This document shows, piece after piece, positions 13,901 to 27,620 of a DNA stretch of 64,000 bases (position 1 is its first letter; each line of letters opens with the position of its first letter). The position numbers and the translations under genes were made by a program. The notes below the pieces were generated by a model. The model worked only from the letters and a program-made list of their open reading frames with translations. It had not been told where the DNA came from and ran no database searches. Source of the stretch: Eledone cirrhosa (lineage: Eukaryota); NCBI GenBank assembly GCA_964016885.1, contig OZ024741.1, positions 199,578,001-199,642,000 of the forward strand, written 5' to 3'.

Positions 13901-14530
13901 GATGAGTATTGACGTACATGGGACACAAACCCACATCTTTGGTTTGCTGGACCATTGTGTTACCTTTACACCAACTTCCTTCCATTCAATTGTTGCAGAG
14001 GAAGTATCCAGTGGAGTGGAAATGTCAGGCAAGCCAGATGTGCTCGGTGAACCGGTCTGCCAATCACTGCCTTGTCTATCCAATGTAGGCAACTCCAGAC
14101 TCGGAGGACTTGGTCATTAGGCCCATAGAAGGTGGTGATGTTGCTAATGTGAGGTCAAGTGCGGCAGCGGGATTGGGGGCAGGGAAAGGATCTAGGAGGG
14201 AAGGAAGCTATGAATGAGGAGGTTCCGGAAGTTTCGTGCATGCTTGAACAAGGAGAGGGCAGGAGGGAGAAGTTGGTAGAGGTAGAGGGATCTGACCAGA
14301 GGTGCTGGAGGGGCAAGGTAGTGGGGTTGTAGGTAAGAGGGTCAGTATATGGAGGGGGTCGACAGCACAGGCACGGGTGTGAACAGCATGGATAAGGGAG
14401 GGAGTAACCTCCCTGAATAGCCAGCCAAATAAAGGGCCTAAACCTCGAAGTTCTCAGTTCGGCTGCAGAGTCGGGGAAATTGGGAGTACGGGACAGTGTT
14501 TCGTGGCGGTTGGGGGTGAGGTGGGGGCTG
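13900..14530 (-). pseudogene. Highly degraded PLE linker + GIY-YIG fragment
   Basis: Across frames: PLTYNP, FKHARNFRNLLIHS, SFPCPQSRCRT*PHI, AYIG*TRQ*LADRFTEH. Confidence 0.55.
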
Positions 14531-14842
14531 AAATCAAAATAGGAGAGGATGTATATATATAAAGGTAAAGACCCCATTCGGTCACAAATGACCATAGGAT
14601 TTGCACCTAGAAAGTTCCCCGCCAAGACCCAAATCCAGGCATACCAACCTCACCTCTCCACACCACTGATTTGTCCAAGAGAAAGACAAAGATCGATACA
14701 CCTGTGACATTGCAACTCATTTCTACAGCTGAGTAAACTGGAGCAACATGAAATAAAGTGTCTTGCTCAAGAACACAACGAAAAACCCGTTCTGAGAATC
14801 TAGCCTCATAATTATAAGCCTGACGCTCTGGCCACTAAGTAA
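14530..14842 (-). mobile_element. SINE with Meta/CORE-like domain; inverted partner of 16603-16914
   Basis: TTGTGTTCTTGAGCAAGACACTTTATTTC...CTCAGCTGTAGAAATGAGT domain; near-identical to the second copy. Confidence 0.6.
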
Positions 14843-15228
<386 letters not shown>

Positions 15229-15268
15229 AAAATTAGAATTGGAGCTCTGAAATAGCAATATATATATA

Positions 15269-16421
15269 TGTCTTTTATATCGGTAATCTAACTTACTCGG
15301 TCTTCAATGTTGCCATTGACTGACCGACGGTCAAAAAATAATACAGATACAATATAGACACAAACACATATATATAGTTTATCATAAATCTTTCGTTGCA
15401 CATCTGCAACATCGTCAGTGGTGTTATATTTTCCTCCTGTTGTGTTGTATGGCTACGCCATTTTTATTCAGTCTGTCTATATATTTATTTATTTATTTGC
15501 TTGTTTGTTTATTTTATTTTGTTTTCTTTGCGCATGCGTTTGCGTGTGTGCATAGTGTTATGTTTGTTGTGTGATGGGTGACTAGTGTGTGTTTATGTGC
15601 TTGTTGTTATTGTGCTTGTTTATGTATGTATTTATTTATATATTTATCTTATTTTATTTACTTATTTATACTTCTCTTAGGTCAGTGTTGTTTGTTTGGG
15701 TGTTGTTGTTATTCCATTCATTCTTTCTGTTTAGCTTTGGTCTTCTAATTTCTATTTCACTGGCCTCTCTGATTTGCCTATCTGCTGGGTCATTTCTATG
15801 TTTAGATATTATTCTAATTTCTATGTTGTCTATGTTACCGTCATGTTGTTGTCTAGCATGTTCGTATAGTACAGACCCGTTTTTTCGTCCTTTTAGTTCC
15901 CCCCAGTGTTGGTCTATCCTTTCACCTATGCTATGAGCTGTCTCACCTATGTATGTTGTTGTCATGTTTCTGCAAGTACCCTCTGTACATCTTATGCTAT
16001 AGACTACGTTTCTAGTTTTACAGTTTATCCGGGGGTTCACCTTACATATGATACATTTCCTATTGGTACAGTGGGTTTTCTTAAAAGGGTAGGTTTTGCT
16101 GATCAGGGATTTTATGGTGGTTCCTGGCTTTTCTACCACCTTTATTTTTAAGTGGGTCTTTCTCAGGGCCTTTCTACACTGGTTAGATAATTTCCCTCCC
16201 GGGGTGGCGTCCACAAACATGACACTCTGGTATCTCTGGTTGTCGTACCATGAGGTGGCTTTCCCTATCTTATGTCTAGCCCTATCTAAGCTATTCTATG
16301 ATTTGCTCCTGTATAATGGGCAAATTCCTTTCATGTCCAGTTCTATGAGGGTCTTATACTTTTCCATAGCTCCTTCGTATACTCTGACTCTGTCTCTTTG
16401 GTTGTAGCCAGAGAACTGCAT
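15269..16421 (-). mobile_element. PLE family A fragment (RT thumb end, GIY-YIG endonuclease, 3' UTR)
   Basis: ORF 15666-16220: CxxxxCxxC, NVVYSIRC, YIGETAHSIGERIDQH, RQIREA, LNRKNEW; near-identical to 20131-21300. Confidence 0.9.
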
Positions 16422-16440
16422 ATATATATACATATATGTA

Positions 16441-16501
<61 letters not shown>

Positions 16502-16531
16502 GTATATATATATATGTATAAATATATATAT

Positions 16532-16592
<61 letters not shown>

Positions 16593-16602
16593 TATATATA
16601 TA

Positions 16603-16914
16603 TATTACTGAGTGGCCAGAGTGTCAGGCTTATAATTATGAGGCTAGATTCTCAGAACGGGTTTTTCGTTGTGTTCTTGAGCAAGACACTTTATTTCATG
16701 TTGCTCCAGTTTACTCAGCTGTAGAAATGAGTTGCAATGTCACAGGTGTATCGATCTTTGTCTTTCTCTTGGACAACATCAGTGGTGTGGAGAGGTGAGG
16801 TTGGTATGCCCGGATTTGGGTCTTGGCGGGGAACTTTCTAGGTGCAAATCCTATGGTCATTTGTGACCGAAGGGGGTCTTTACCTTTATATATATACATC
16901 CTCTCCTATTTCGA
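16603..16914 (+). mobile_element. SINE with Meta/CORE-like domain
   Basis: Reverse complement of 14530-14842. Confidence 0.6.
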
Positions 16915-17062
16915 TGTATATATATGTGTATGTATATATATAGGTATATATATGTATGTATTTATATATACATTTATGTATATTTATGTATATATATATA
17001 TATATACATATATGTATATATATGTATGTATATATATATATATATGTATATGTATATATATA

Positions 17063-17544
17063 CAAGAATTAAAATACTAGAGTGTGTTGGAGTTAAACAC
17101 CCTCTTCATATTATAGAAATGACAGTATAAGATATAGCTCAATGTAATTAAACAGAGCCGAAGAATTATAAAAAATAAACCAAAGAAGCCTTCAATACAT
17201 CAAAAGTCTTTATTAGCCAACAGTGTTTCGTCCTATTAAGGACTCATCAGGGCAAGTAAAGCTACAAGCACTATCGGCCAATACAAGCCAAAAACTCAGA
17301 AGAATATGGAGTATACATCTATTAAAGCTTAGGAAAGATATCAAGGAAAAGTTGGCTTAGATTAAGAGTGAGCAGTTACAAACATAGATATAGACCAAAT
17401 AGCAAGGAAGTGATTAACATGTTGAACCCACATTGCAAATATTGTATAATGCAAAAACTTGAAACACAAATGGTAATATAATGCGAGAATTACAGTACGA
17501 TATAGAATATAATATAATATATAAGGTGATAATAAAAAGCTTAA

Positions 17545-17592
<48 letters not shown>

Positions 17593-19535
17593 CACTTTAG
17601 TACAAACACAAACTAACACTTATTAAGTATTTAAGTATATATATATATATATACTGTTTACAATATAATATAATAAAGATAAAAATAAGAATAAAGATAA
17701 AAATAAAATATAATATATAATTCCCTGTCAGTGTGCATAAACAATATAAAAACATTATAATAACATTATAATAACAATATTATAATATATTGGCATTAAA
17801 AGATATACAAAATTACATCATACATATAATTCAAGGTTAACAAATAGTATAAAATTTTACACAGAGTAAGAAAAAAATCATATAGAACTAAATTGTGTTG
17901 GAAAAATTGTGTTGAAAAAATATCTATACCATTGTAACAAATACACGGAGGTCAAGTCATTTTACATTGGCATAAATATTACCAAAATATAACAGAACAG
18001 TACCTCAAATAACAGACATATATTAAAATCTATAATACGATTACATAAAAATGATATGATATAACAACGTTAATATCAAATAGCAAACAGAGTGTAAGGA
18101 AATGCTTAATATATATATTTACGTGGTTGACATACACAGACATATATTAATGAAATTACATGATCAGACAGACAGCGTGTGGTAGTAAAAAAATAAATAA
18201 ACCGAAGATCGAAAAACAAAAACAAGTATATTTACTTAGGTTTCACAAGCGGTTAAGTAAAAGAAAAAAGATAGAAATGTAAACCGGAGAGTTGACTTGA
18301 AAACCCTTTTAAATTAATTAATATTAAAAGTATTTAAAATACATATTTAGTCACTTCAAAATTGGCTAGTGTTTAAGTCATCAAAATTGTATAAGTTTAA
18401 GATATCTCAATAAAATTATCAAGAATAGAGTAAAATATGCTCCGTTCAGTCGAATAACGTTATCAAATAAAAGGACTCTAAATAGAACTATGGTAGACCA
18501 ATGGGAACAGAAAGAAGAGAGGTTATGGAGGATAGGAAGGAGCATAAAAGTAAAATCAATATATTATATAACTTCATAAAAAGGAGCATAAAGGTGAAAT
18601 TTATATATAGTATAATAGAAGGGGCGGATATTAAGTGTGTAGAGGAGGAGGTTCATTAGTTGAATGAGACTCCAAACAAAGTATTTAATAAGATATAAAC
18701 TCATAAGGTGTTAGTAGTGAAACTATAATAATGCTTAAGAAGATAGATAGGGTATGGTAGCCAAAAGACTATGGAAACTAAAATCGAAAAGCTGTAAAAA
18801 ACTAATAATAATAATGATGATGGTAATCAAAATGAACCTAAACAAAAAAGATAAGGAAATATAGCAGCTAATGGATACGATTTAAACTACCAGAACTTTT
18901 AGGTCTATAATAGAAGAAAGAATTAGAAATGGCATGGGGGCAGGAAGAAAATATCTCAGACTTTCTATTAAGCAAAACTTCCCTAGAGAAAATTATAGAG
19001 TGGGTCTCTAGGATACAGAGATTACAGAATTTAGTGTGTGTTGATAGGTTATTAGAGCGTGCTACTATACGCCAATTAAGGCTATATGGCATACCAGCCC
19101 CTTTAAGATCCCAGATATGGTGTGCTAAAGAAGTAGAGTTCTTAAACTTAACATGCTTAAAATTAGAGATATGAGAATTAAACCTAGTTTTAAAAGTATT
19201 AGATGTGGAGCCTATATATGTGCTATTAGAAGAATTAGTTTTAACTTCACAAGCATAAATAATGTTCCTAGAGAGGCAGTGACCATTTAAAGGGCAGTTA
19301 ATACTTACTCTACAGTTACACTTCCGGGTGTTATTGACCGGCTGAATGAGTGATGCATCACTCCTAGGGTTATTATAAGATAAGGTCTGCTCAGGTGGTA
19401 AGGTATAAATGGATCTATCAAGACTAGTAGTACGCAAAGAGGAGTAGCTGTCCCTAATTTTCCTATTGTTAGTGCTAGCTAAATGAGAACTAATATTAGG
19501 GGTGGTAGAGAATGATAGTTTAATTACATTTTTAT
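17063..19535 (-). mobile_element. 5'-truncated Naiad-like PLE: GIY-YIG ORF end, long 3' UTR and hammerhead
   Basis: KLSFSTTPNI, CNCR..CPLNGHCL..NIIY..YIGST..FKTRFNSH..CNLC..E..LLNRKSE..CPH (18868-19530); bounded by (TA)n. Confidence 0.85.
17214..17256 (-). ncRNA. Minimal type I hammerhead ribozyme
   Basis: gcc-CTGATGA-gtcc ttaata ggac-GAAA-cactg-TT-ggc. Confidence 0.8.
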
Positions 19536-19606
19536 TACATTTAATTACATTTATATATATATATACATATATGTATATATATACACATATATGTATATAT
19601 ATGAAT

Positions 19607-21403
19607 TAGTTTTGCGAGGTTTTTTATATGAAATCGTGTGTCGAAACAAATATTGTTATACTTGGTGGGAAAGGAGACTTAAAGATCTCCTTAATGAGAG
19701 CTCCATAGACCTCATCATGTACTCTCGTTATGTAGACGATATCAATATAGTTATAAGAACATCCCCACTAGAGAGCACTAACAAGTTTGATTTAGAACGT
19801 AGCACAATGGAAAGCATCCAGCAGATAGCTAATTCCATACACCAGAGTATAACTGTAACTATCGACTTCCCTTCCAAATACCCTAACAATAGACTACCTG
19901 TATTAGACACAGAACTCTGGATTAACACTATAGACGAGAGAGCCCAAATTCTCCACTCACACTATGCTAAACCCATGGCCTCCAAATACCTGATACTCAA
20001 AAACTCAGCAATGTCCAGTAGTGCTAAGTTTAATATTCTGATCGCAGATTTGGTACGAGTGATGAAGAATGTGTCCCGCATGTGCGACCCAACAGAAATG
20101 GAAAGACACATCCAACACTTCATCAACCGCATGCAGTTCTCTGGCTACAACCAAAGAGACAGAGTCAGAGTATACGAAGGAGCCATGGAGAAGTATAAGA
20201 CCCTCATAGAACTGGACATGAAAGGAATTTGCCCATTATACAGGAGCAAATCATAGAATAGCTTAGATAGGGCTAGACATAAGATAGGGAAAGCCACCTC
20301 ATGGTACGACAACCAGAGATATCAGAGTGTCATGTTTGTGGACGCTACCCCGGGAGGGAAATTAGCTAACCAGTGTAGAAAGGCCCTGAGAAAGACCCAC
20401 TTAAAAATTAAGGTGGTAGAAAAGCCAGGAACCACCATAAAATCCCTGATCAGCAAAACCTACCCTTTTAAGAAAACCCACTGTACCAATAGGAAATGTA
20501 TCATATATAAGGTGAACCCCCGGATAAACTGTAAAACTAGAAACGTAGTCTATAGCATAAGATGTACAGAGGGTACTTGCAGAAACATGACAACAACATA
20601 CATAGGTGAGACAGCTCACAGCATAGGTGAAAGGATAGACCAACACTGGGGGGAACTAAAAGGACGAAAAAACGGGTCTGTACTATACGAACATGCCAGA
20701 CAACAACACGACGGTAACATAGACAACATAGAAATTAGAATAATATCTAAACATAGAAATGACCCAGCAGATAGGCACATCAGAGAGGCCAGTGAAATAG
20801 AATTTAGAAGGCCAAGACTAAACAGAAAGAATGAATGGAATAACAACAACACCCAAACAAACAACACTGACCTAAGAGAAGTATAAATAAGTAAATAAAA
20901 TAAAATAAAATAAATAAATAAATAATTAAATAAATACATACACAAGCACAATAACAACAAACACATAAACACACATTAGTCACCCAATCACGAACACACA
21001 TCACACATCAAACAAAACACTATACATACACGCAAACGCATGCGCAAAGAAAACAAAATAAAATAAACAAACAAGCAAATAAATAAATAAATATATAGAC
21101 AGACTGAATAAAAATGGCGTAGCCATACAATTCAACAGGAGGAAACAATAGAACCACTGACGATGTTGCAGATGTGCAACGAAAGATTTATGATAAACTA
21201 TATATATGTGTTTGTGTCTATATTGTATCTGTATTATTTTTGACCGTCGGTCAGTCAATGGCAACATTGAGGACCGAGTAAGTTAGATTACCGATATAAA
21301 AGACACAGAAGCGAGAAGCGAAAACCAACCAAACAGTGAGTGTGTTCTGTTATTAATTCTGGCAATATTATTACAATATGACCCTCCCCAAGTATAACAA
21401 TAT
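19607..21403 (+). mobile_element. PLE family A, 5'-truncated (RT C-half, GIY-YIG, 3' UTR) with inverted terminal cap
   Basis: YSRYVDDI, LPVLDTELW, HYAKPMAS; in-frame TAG at 20254; GIY-YIG ORF to 20886; (TA)n flanks. Confidence 0.9.
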
Positions 21404-21414
21404 GTATATATGTG

Positions 21415-21518
<104 letters not shown>

Positions 21519-21675
21519 CATATATATATGTATATATATATACATATATGTATATATATACATGTATATATATGTATATATATATACATGTATATATATG
21601 TATATATATACATATATGTATATATGTGTATGTATATATATCTATATGTATATATGTATATATATGTACATATAT

Positions 21676-21895
21676 TGAAAATTGAAAACTTGACTGTCAC
21701 CACAGAATATGAACCTGAAGATTGCGAATGCATGAAAGTACTTGTTCAATTAACACTTAACATTTAATATTATACCATACTATTTCATTCTAATACCATT
21801 ATAATTTTAAAGGATCGTAAATAAAACGAGTAAATCAGACAAAGTTGGAATTCCTTTTATTAATATAATCTTCTATACACAATCATACACACCCA
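21676..21895 (+). mobile_element. Solo 3' terminal (pLTR) fragment of the PLE at 26106-27620
   Basis: Near-exact reverse complement of 26108-26328. Confidence 0.85.
21710..21748 (+). ncRNA. Minimal type I hammerhead ribozyme
   Basis: tgaac-CTGAAGA-ttgc gaat gcat-GAAA-gtac-TT-gttca; palindromic stem III AGTACT. Confidence 0.75.
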
Positions 21896-21907
21896 TGTAT
21901 ATTTATT

Positions 21908-21984
<77 letters not shown>

Positions 21985-21995
21985 GTGTATATATG

Positions 21996-22088
<93 letters not shown>

Positions 22089-22235
22089 TTTTGAGTTTAT
22101 GTTGGTTGTATACCAACACCTCAGTATGCAGGCTGGAGCACTCGACGAAGTGCGCAGGTTGGTTTGGTTACTCCGGAGTAGTGTAAAATAAAGTTAAATA
22201 AAAGTCAAATGATTAAAATTTAGCTTCGTTTATTA

Positions 22236-22288
22236 CTGCTATATATATTTCAGTGACAGCCATCTTTGGCTGTGACCTCTTCAGGCAG
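22236..22288 (-). ncRNA. Type I hammerhead ribozyme (left palindrome arm)
   Basis: Mirror image of 23028-23080. Confidence 0.75.
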
Positions 22289-23027
22289 TTTGAATTAGTA
22301 TGGTATAGACAAGTACATATGTTGTTTAGGTGTATGATATTGTCAATACTCTGATATGCCCAGTTCCTTGCTGGGTTGTTAATTCACTGGGGAACTGGAG
22401 TCATATGAATTCAAACAAACGAATTTTCGTGTCACAGGTCCCCTTCTCCTCTCATTGGTCAGTTATTAGTGTTGTCATTGTTGGAGTTAGCTTAAAAATT
22501 GATAAAATGGTAGAAGGGACAAGGTGTTGAAGGAACAAAATATCAAAAAATGTGTCAAACTTCCCATTGTTCAGTTCTGAGAGCATTCCTCAGTCAGAAG
22601 TCTATAGAATTCTTTCTGGGGTGAGGCTCCCTGTGGTGTTTATGCCTGCTATTGTACTGAACAATAGCAGGCATAAACACCACAGGGAGCCTCACCCCAG
22701 AAAGAATTCTATAGACTTCTGACTGAGGAATGCTCTCAGAACTGAACAATGGGAAGTTTGACACATTTTTTGATATTTTGTTCCTTCAACACCTTGTCCC
22801 TTCTACCATTTTATCAATTTTTAAGCTAACTCCAACAATGACAACACTAATAACTGACCAATGAGAGGAGAAGGGGACCTGTGACACGAAAATTCGTTTG
22901 TTTGAATTCATATGACTCCAGTTCCCCAGTGAATTAACAACCCAGCAAGGAACTGGGCATATCAGAGTATTGACAATATCATACACCTAAACAACATATG
23001 TACTTGTCTATACCATACTAATTCAAA

Positions 23028-23080
23028 CTGCCTGAAGAGGTCACAGCCAAAGATGGCTGTCACTGAAATATATATAGCAG
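23028..23080 (+). ncRNA. Type I hammerhead ribozyme (right palindrome arm)
   Basis: ctgc-CTGAAGA-ggtcacagcc aaagat ggctgtcact-GAAA-tatata-TA-gcag. Confidence 0.75.
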
Positions 23081-23125
23081 TAATAAACGAAGCTAAATTT
23101 TAATCATTTGACTTTTATTTAACTT

Positions 23126-23160
<35 letters not shown>

Positions 23161-23163
<3 letters not shown>

Positions 23164-24124
23164 CGTTTCTGAATTTGTTTAGCAAGATTCTTTATCTGAA
23201 ATCGTGTGTTGAAACCGATATTGTTATACTTTGGGAGGGTCATGTTGCCAATAAGAAACACACCCACCAGTTGCTTTCACTTCAATTTATTATATATTTA
23301 TAAATTTATAAATTTCTGGTTGGTTGGTTGGTTCCACAACCAGATAGTTGTTTATATATATAGTCATAGTTCTTTCGTTACACACTCTGTGACCTCTTCA
23401 GTGACTGGGGATTCCTTTCCTTGTTTCTGTGCCTCTCCTTTGTTCTGTCCTACGCCATTTTGTTTCTGTGTGTGTGTTGTGTGCTCAGTCTGCGCATACG
23501 CCACATCCGGGTGTCTGTGTGTGTTTATGTTCATGTTCATTTATTTATTTGTTTATTTACATGTTACTGGTTGGTTGTTTGTTCTATGTGTGTGTGTGTT
23601 TTCATTTTGTCCTTAATTGTAAGTTGTGATGTTGCTGTTCCACTCATATTTTTTATTTAATTTTGGTTGTAATTCTTTTATGTTTATTGCCTCTGTAATT
23701 TGTCTAAACATTGCGTCTTTTCTGTGTGTAGATTCTATTTTTATTTCTATGTTCTCTAATTTACCCTTGTGTTCTAGTTTAGCATGTTGGTAGAGTACAG
23801 ATGATTCTTTATTATCTTGAAGGTCTCGCCAGTGTTCATTTATCCGTTCCCCTACACTATGAGCTGTCTCACCTATGTACACTATATTTTTGTCTCTACA
23901 TTGTCCTTCAGTACATCTTATGCTATACACTACATTTCTAGTTTTACAGTTAATATGGGGGCTTATTTTACAGGTTATACATTTCTTATCTATACATGAG
24001 GGTCTTTGAACCAACCAACCAACCAGAAATTTATAAATTTATAAATTTATAAATATATAATAAATTGAAGTGAAAGCAACTGGTGCGTGTGTTTCTTATT
24101 AGCAACATGGCCCTCCCAAAGTAT

Positions 24125-24131
<7 letters not shown>
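23161..24131 (-). mobile_element. PLE related to family A: GIY-YIG, 3' UTR, inverted terminal copy
   Basis: ORF 23613-24014 (CITC, NVVYSIRC, YIGET, RQITEA, LNKKYEW); 23218-23335 inverted at 24008-24131. Confidence 0.85.
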
Positions 24132-24185
<54 letters not shown>

Positions 24186-24592
24186 GTTGTCTTTATGCGG
24201 GTATGTCAATATTTATAAAACAAATTTGCAGTCTCAGTGAGAGACTTGATAGCTGTCCTTAGGTTATAGTAACCAGAAATTGTTTTTTTAATTGTTTTTT
24301 AACTTTCATGGTATTTTTCTATATATTTACCCCATATTGTTTTACTTATTGTTTCGACTTCCTCCCCCTCTCCCTCCCCCTCTCCCTCCCTAGTATCTTC
24401 TTTGACCTCCTGCCCAGCTGTAGTTGGCACTATCAACGCACGACTGGGTTTCCTCCACCCCTCTCCCTCTTTCTTCTACTGGCAGGTTCAGCTACCCCCT
24501 CCCTCCACAAATTGCCATGATAGAATTATTATGTCTCAACAACAAACTTTTGACCAATCTTTGTGACAATCACTTTTACCATATATGGAATT

Positions 24593-24688
24593 ACCCCCTG
24601 AGAAGCTCGGCTATTCATATACCAGGATAAAAATGTTCATTTAGTCCAGAATTAGCCGTCGAAACGGCTTGAGCTCAGCCGTCGGGGT
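24593..24688 (+). ncRNA. Hammerhead-like motif with altered core (CTGAGAA)
   Basis: acccc-CTGAGAA-..cggcta...tagccgtc-GAAA-cggct tgagctc agccg-TC-ggggt; truncated fold-back relative at 10988-11054. Confidence 0.6.
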
Positions 24689-24698
24689 CCTACTCGTT

Positions 24699-24741
<43 letters not shown>

Positions 24742-24818
24742 AAATACATATACATATATATATATACATATATACATATATATATATATATACGTATATT
24801 CATATATATATATATATT

Positions 24819-24891
<73 letters not shown>

Positions 24892-25051
24892 ATATATATA
24901 TATACATAGTTGTATCGGGTTCCAGTTGCTAATCGCTTTACCTGTCGGTTGTCACAAAGTCATGACCGGCATATATATGTATATGTATGTATATGTATAT
25001 ATATATGTATATGTATGTGTATATATGTATATGTATATATATATGTATATG

Positions 25052-25121
<70 letters not shown>

Positions 25122-25158
25122 AATAACCAAAGAGTGCTTAGAAATACATTGTTTTATT

Positions 25159-25203
25159 AGCTAAGTGTTTCATCCGTACCCTAAGGCAGGAATCATCAGA
25201 GCC
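25159..25203 (-). ncRNA. Degenerate hammerhead at the end of a non-coding PLE-type 3' segment (25120-26035)
   Basis: ggct-CTGATGA-ttcc...gga t-GAAA-cac-TT-agct; stem III poor. Confidence 0.45.
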
Positions 25204-26031
25204 TATAAACAAGAGTATATCAATAGTTGCATGCTCCATCAAGCTGCGTCACCAGAACAAGGTTAAAGGACCAGCAGGGGGGTCCCGAGGTCAGCGCTAT
25301 GTAGAAAAAGACACAATACATGACAATATAATGTCATAAAATGTCATAAAGAATGTCATAAAAAATTACATCAAAATCACATCAAAAATTTATCATATAC
25401 ATGGTGCAATAGATGATAAGGAGGTTGGGAGAGGGTAGCAAGGAATGAGTGAAGGTGTTACTCAGCATGATCAAAAACATTAAAAAACAATAAAAAAACA
25501 CAGAAACAAAAAACAAAACAAAAAAAAAACAAATCAAAGCATAGATACATCAAAGCACAAGCAGTGTAAATACAGGATGTACAGGCAGATTAAGAGAGCT
25601 TGCAAGCATGAGTCTGTGAGAAGGATAGTTGGTTAGCGGTGGTGCAGCTTTATATGTAGGATTGTCTATAGGAAGGTTATATCGCCTTATAACAGGTCGA
25701 TCCTCCGTATCTTATCAGCACCATACGGACAACATCCATTGGTTCCACTTCCGAGCGTTAGGCGAAGTAACACTGTTTCCAAAACATATACTCCGGGGAT
25801 TTATCCGGATAGGCAGTCAACGATAAACCCCTAAAATCTAAAATAAAATAAAGTACGATGAGTTGAAGAGAGGTAGGGTATATGTACAGCCGGCACTCCA
25901 GTGAGGAAATTGAAAATACCACAGGTCCGCAATAACTGCACTAGACACGCAGATATATTGCCCTTGGTATGACAGTGTGGTTTAAGCTTGGGCAATATAT
26001 CTGCGTGGCACGTTGATATATTTGTCAACGA

Positions 26032-26105
<74 letters not shown>

Positions 26106-26107
<2 letters not shown>

Positions 26108-27620
26108 GGGTGTGTATGATTGTGTATAGAAGATTATATTAATAAAAGGAATTCCAACTTTGTCTGATTTACTCGTTTTATTTACAATCCTTTAAAATTA
26201 TAATGGTATTAGAATGAAATAGTATGATAGAATATTAAATGTTAAGTGTTAATTGAACAAGTACTTTCATGCTTTCGCAATCTTCAGGTTCATATTCTGT
26301 GGTGACAGTCAAATTTGCAATTTTCAACTGTAATGAGATGGGTAAATTTTGTGCTTTATATACAGTGAAAAGCGGCTACAGAATGCTAAATTTTGCAAAC
26401 TGTATTTCGACCAATCGGTGTGTAGTTTTACTGGATTACTGAAGCTTATTGGTTTAGGCGTCACGGTTGGTTGAGCATGTCTAACGACTTCTATTTGGCC
26501 TTATCCAAAGCATCAATTGTTTTGCTATTTTTAGAAATGATGAAAATAGCCTTTTCTAGGGTTTTTATAACCCTAAGAATTATTATTGTTCATTTAGCTT
26601 GGGTTGGAATTTATCAATAAAATTCTTTTCTTTGATTTTTCTCTTGATTTCACTTGGGCTGTGTAATTTGTAGAATGGAAATATTATAAATATTTTCTGA
26701 CCACATGTTGCTAGATGGTTACTCAAGGGTATTTGACGGACATTTGGGTCTCTGATTTGCTGTCGTTGCACCCGTGCATGTTCCGATAGTGCATTTCCAG
26801 TTTGACCGACATATAGTTCTTCACAATTCGGGCATTTAATGCAGTAAATTAGATTTCTGCTTTTGCAATTCATATTTGCATTTGGGAATATTTTTCCAGT
26901 TTTTGTGTTCATATATTGACCGGTGTGTATGGATTGACATGTGCCACATCGACTATCATTGCATTTAAATACAGTGAATGATTGGTATTTGTTGTTAAGG
27001 TCAAACTTTGCTTTTGTTAGTAATTGCTTCAAATTTTTTGGCTGTCTTTTACTAAGAGTCAAAGATCGGTCTGTGATTAAGCCTTTTAATTCATTACTTT
27101 GAGCAATGATCGGTAGGTTTGCTTTGGCAGTGTTGAAGATATTCTGGTGACATGGGTTGTGTGTCATTATAAATGGTATGACCAGTTCTTGGTTTCTTCT
27201 TCCTTGGGTTGTCCTAAGTTGTTGTATAGGTATTTTTATAGCCCGCTGTATGCCATTTTTTATAACTAGAGATGTGTATTTTTGTTTGAGCAAAAATTCT
27301 CTCAGTTCTGTTAGGCGATTGTTTCTGGTATTCGTATCTTCTACAATGGTACAAATTCTTCTGGCTAGGCAGTATGGGATGTTGCGTTTTGTATGAGGTG
27401 GATGGCACGACTTAAAATTCAGATATTGATGGGTGTCTGTGTGTTTATAATATATATCCGTGGTAATGGTGGTGTCGTTTTTGATTACCATTATATCTAG
27501 GAATGATAATTTGGTACTACTCATCTCTTTTGTGAATTGGAGAGATTGGTGTAGGTTATTCAGGAGGATATTGAACTTATCCAGAGTATCTAGAGATTCT
27601 GTCCAGATGACGAAACATTA
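26106..27620 (-). mobile_element. 5'-truncated PLE: RT thumb + GIY-YIG ORF (26583-27524) and pLTR
   Basis: LSFLDI, TDIYYKHTDTHQYLNFKSCHP, CNDSRCGTC, NLIYCIKCPNCEELYVGQT, FQPKLN. Confidence 0.9.
26254..26292 (-). ncRNA. Minimal type I hammerhead ribozyme
   Basis: tgaac-CTGAAGA-ttgc gaaa gcat-GAAA-gtac-TT-gttca. Confidence 0.8.

Larger units (their letters stand above)
22184..23132. repeat. 949-bp palindrome (472-bp arms, 5-nt spacer ACTGA)
   Basis: Arms 22184-22655 and 22661-23132; identical mirrored ORFs 22330-22530 (+) and 22786-22986 (-). Confidence 0.95.
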
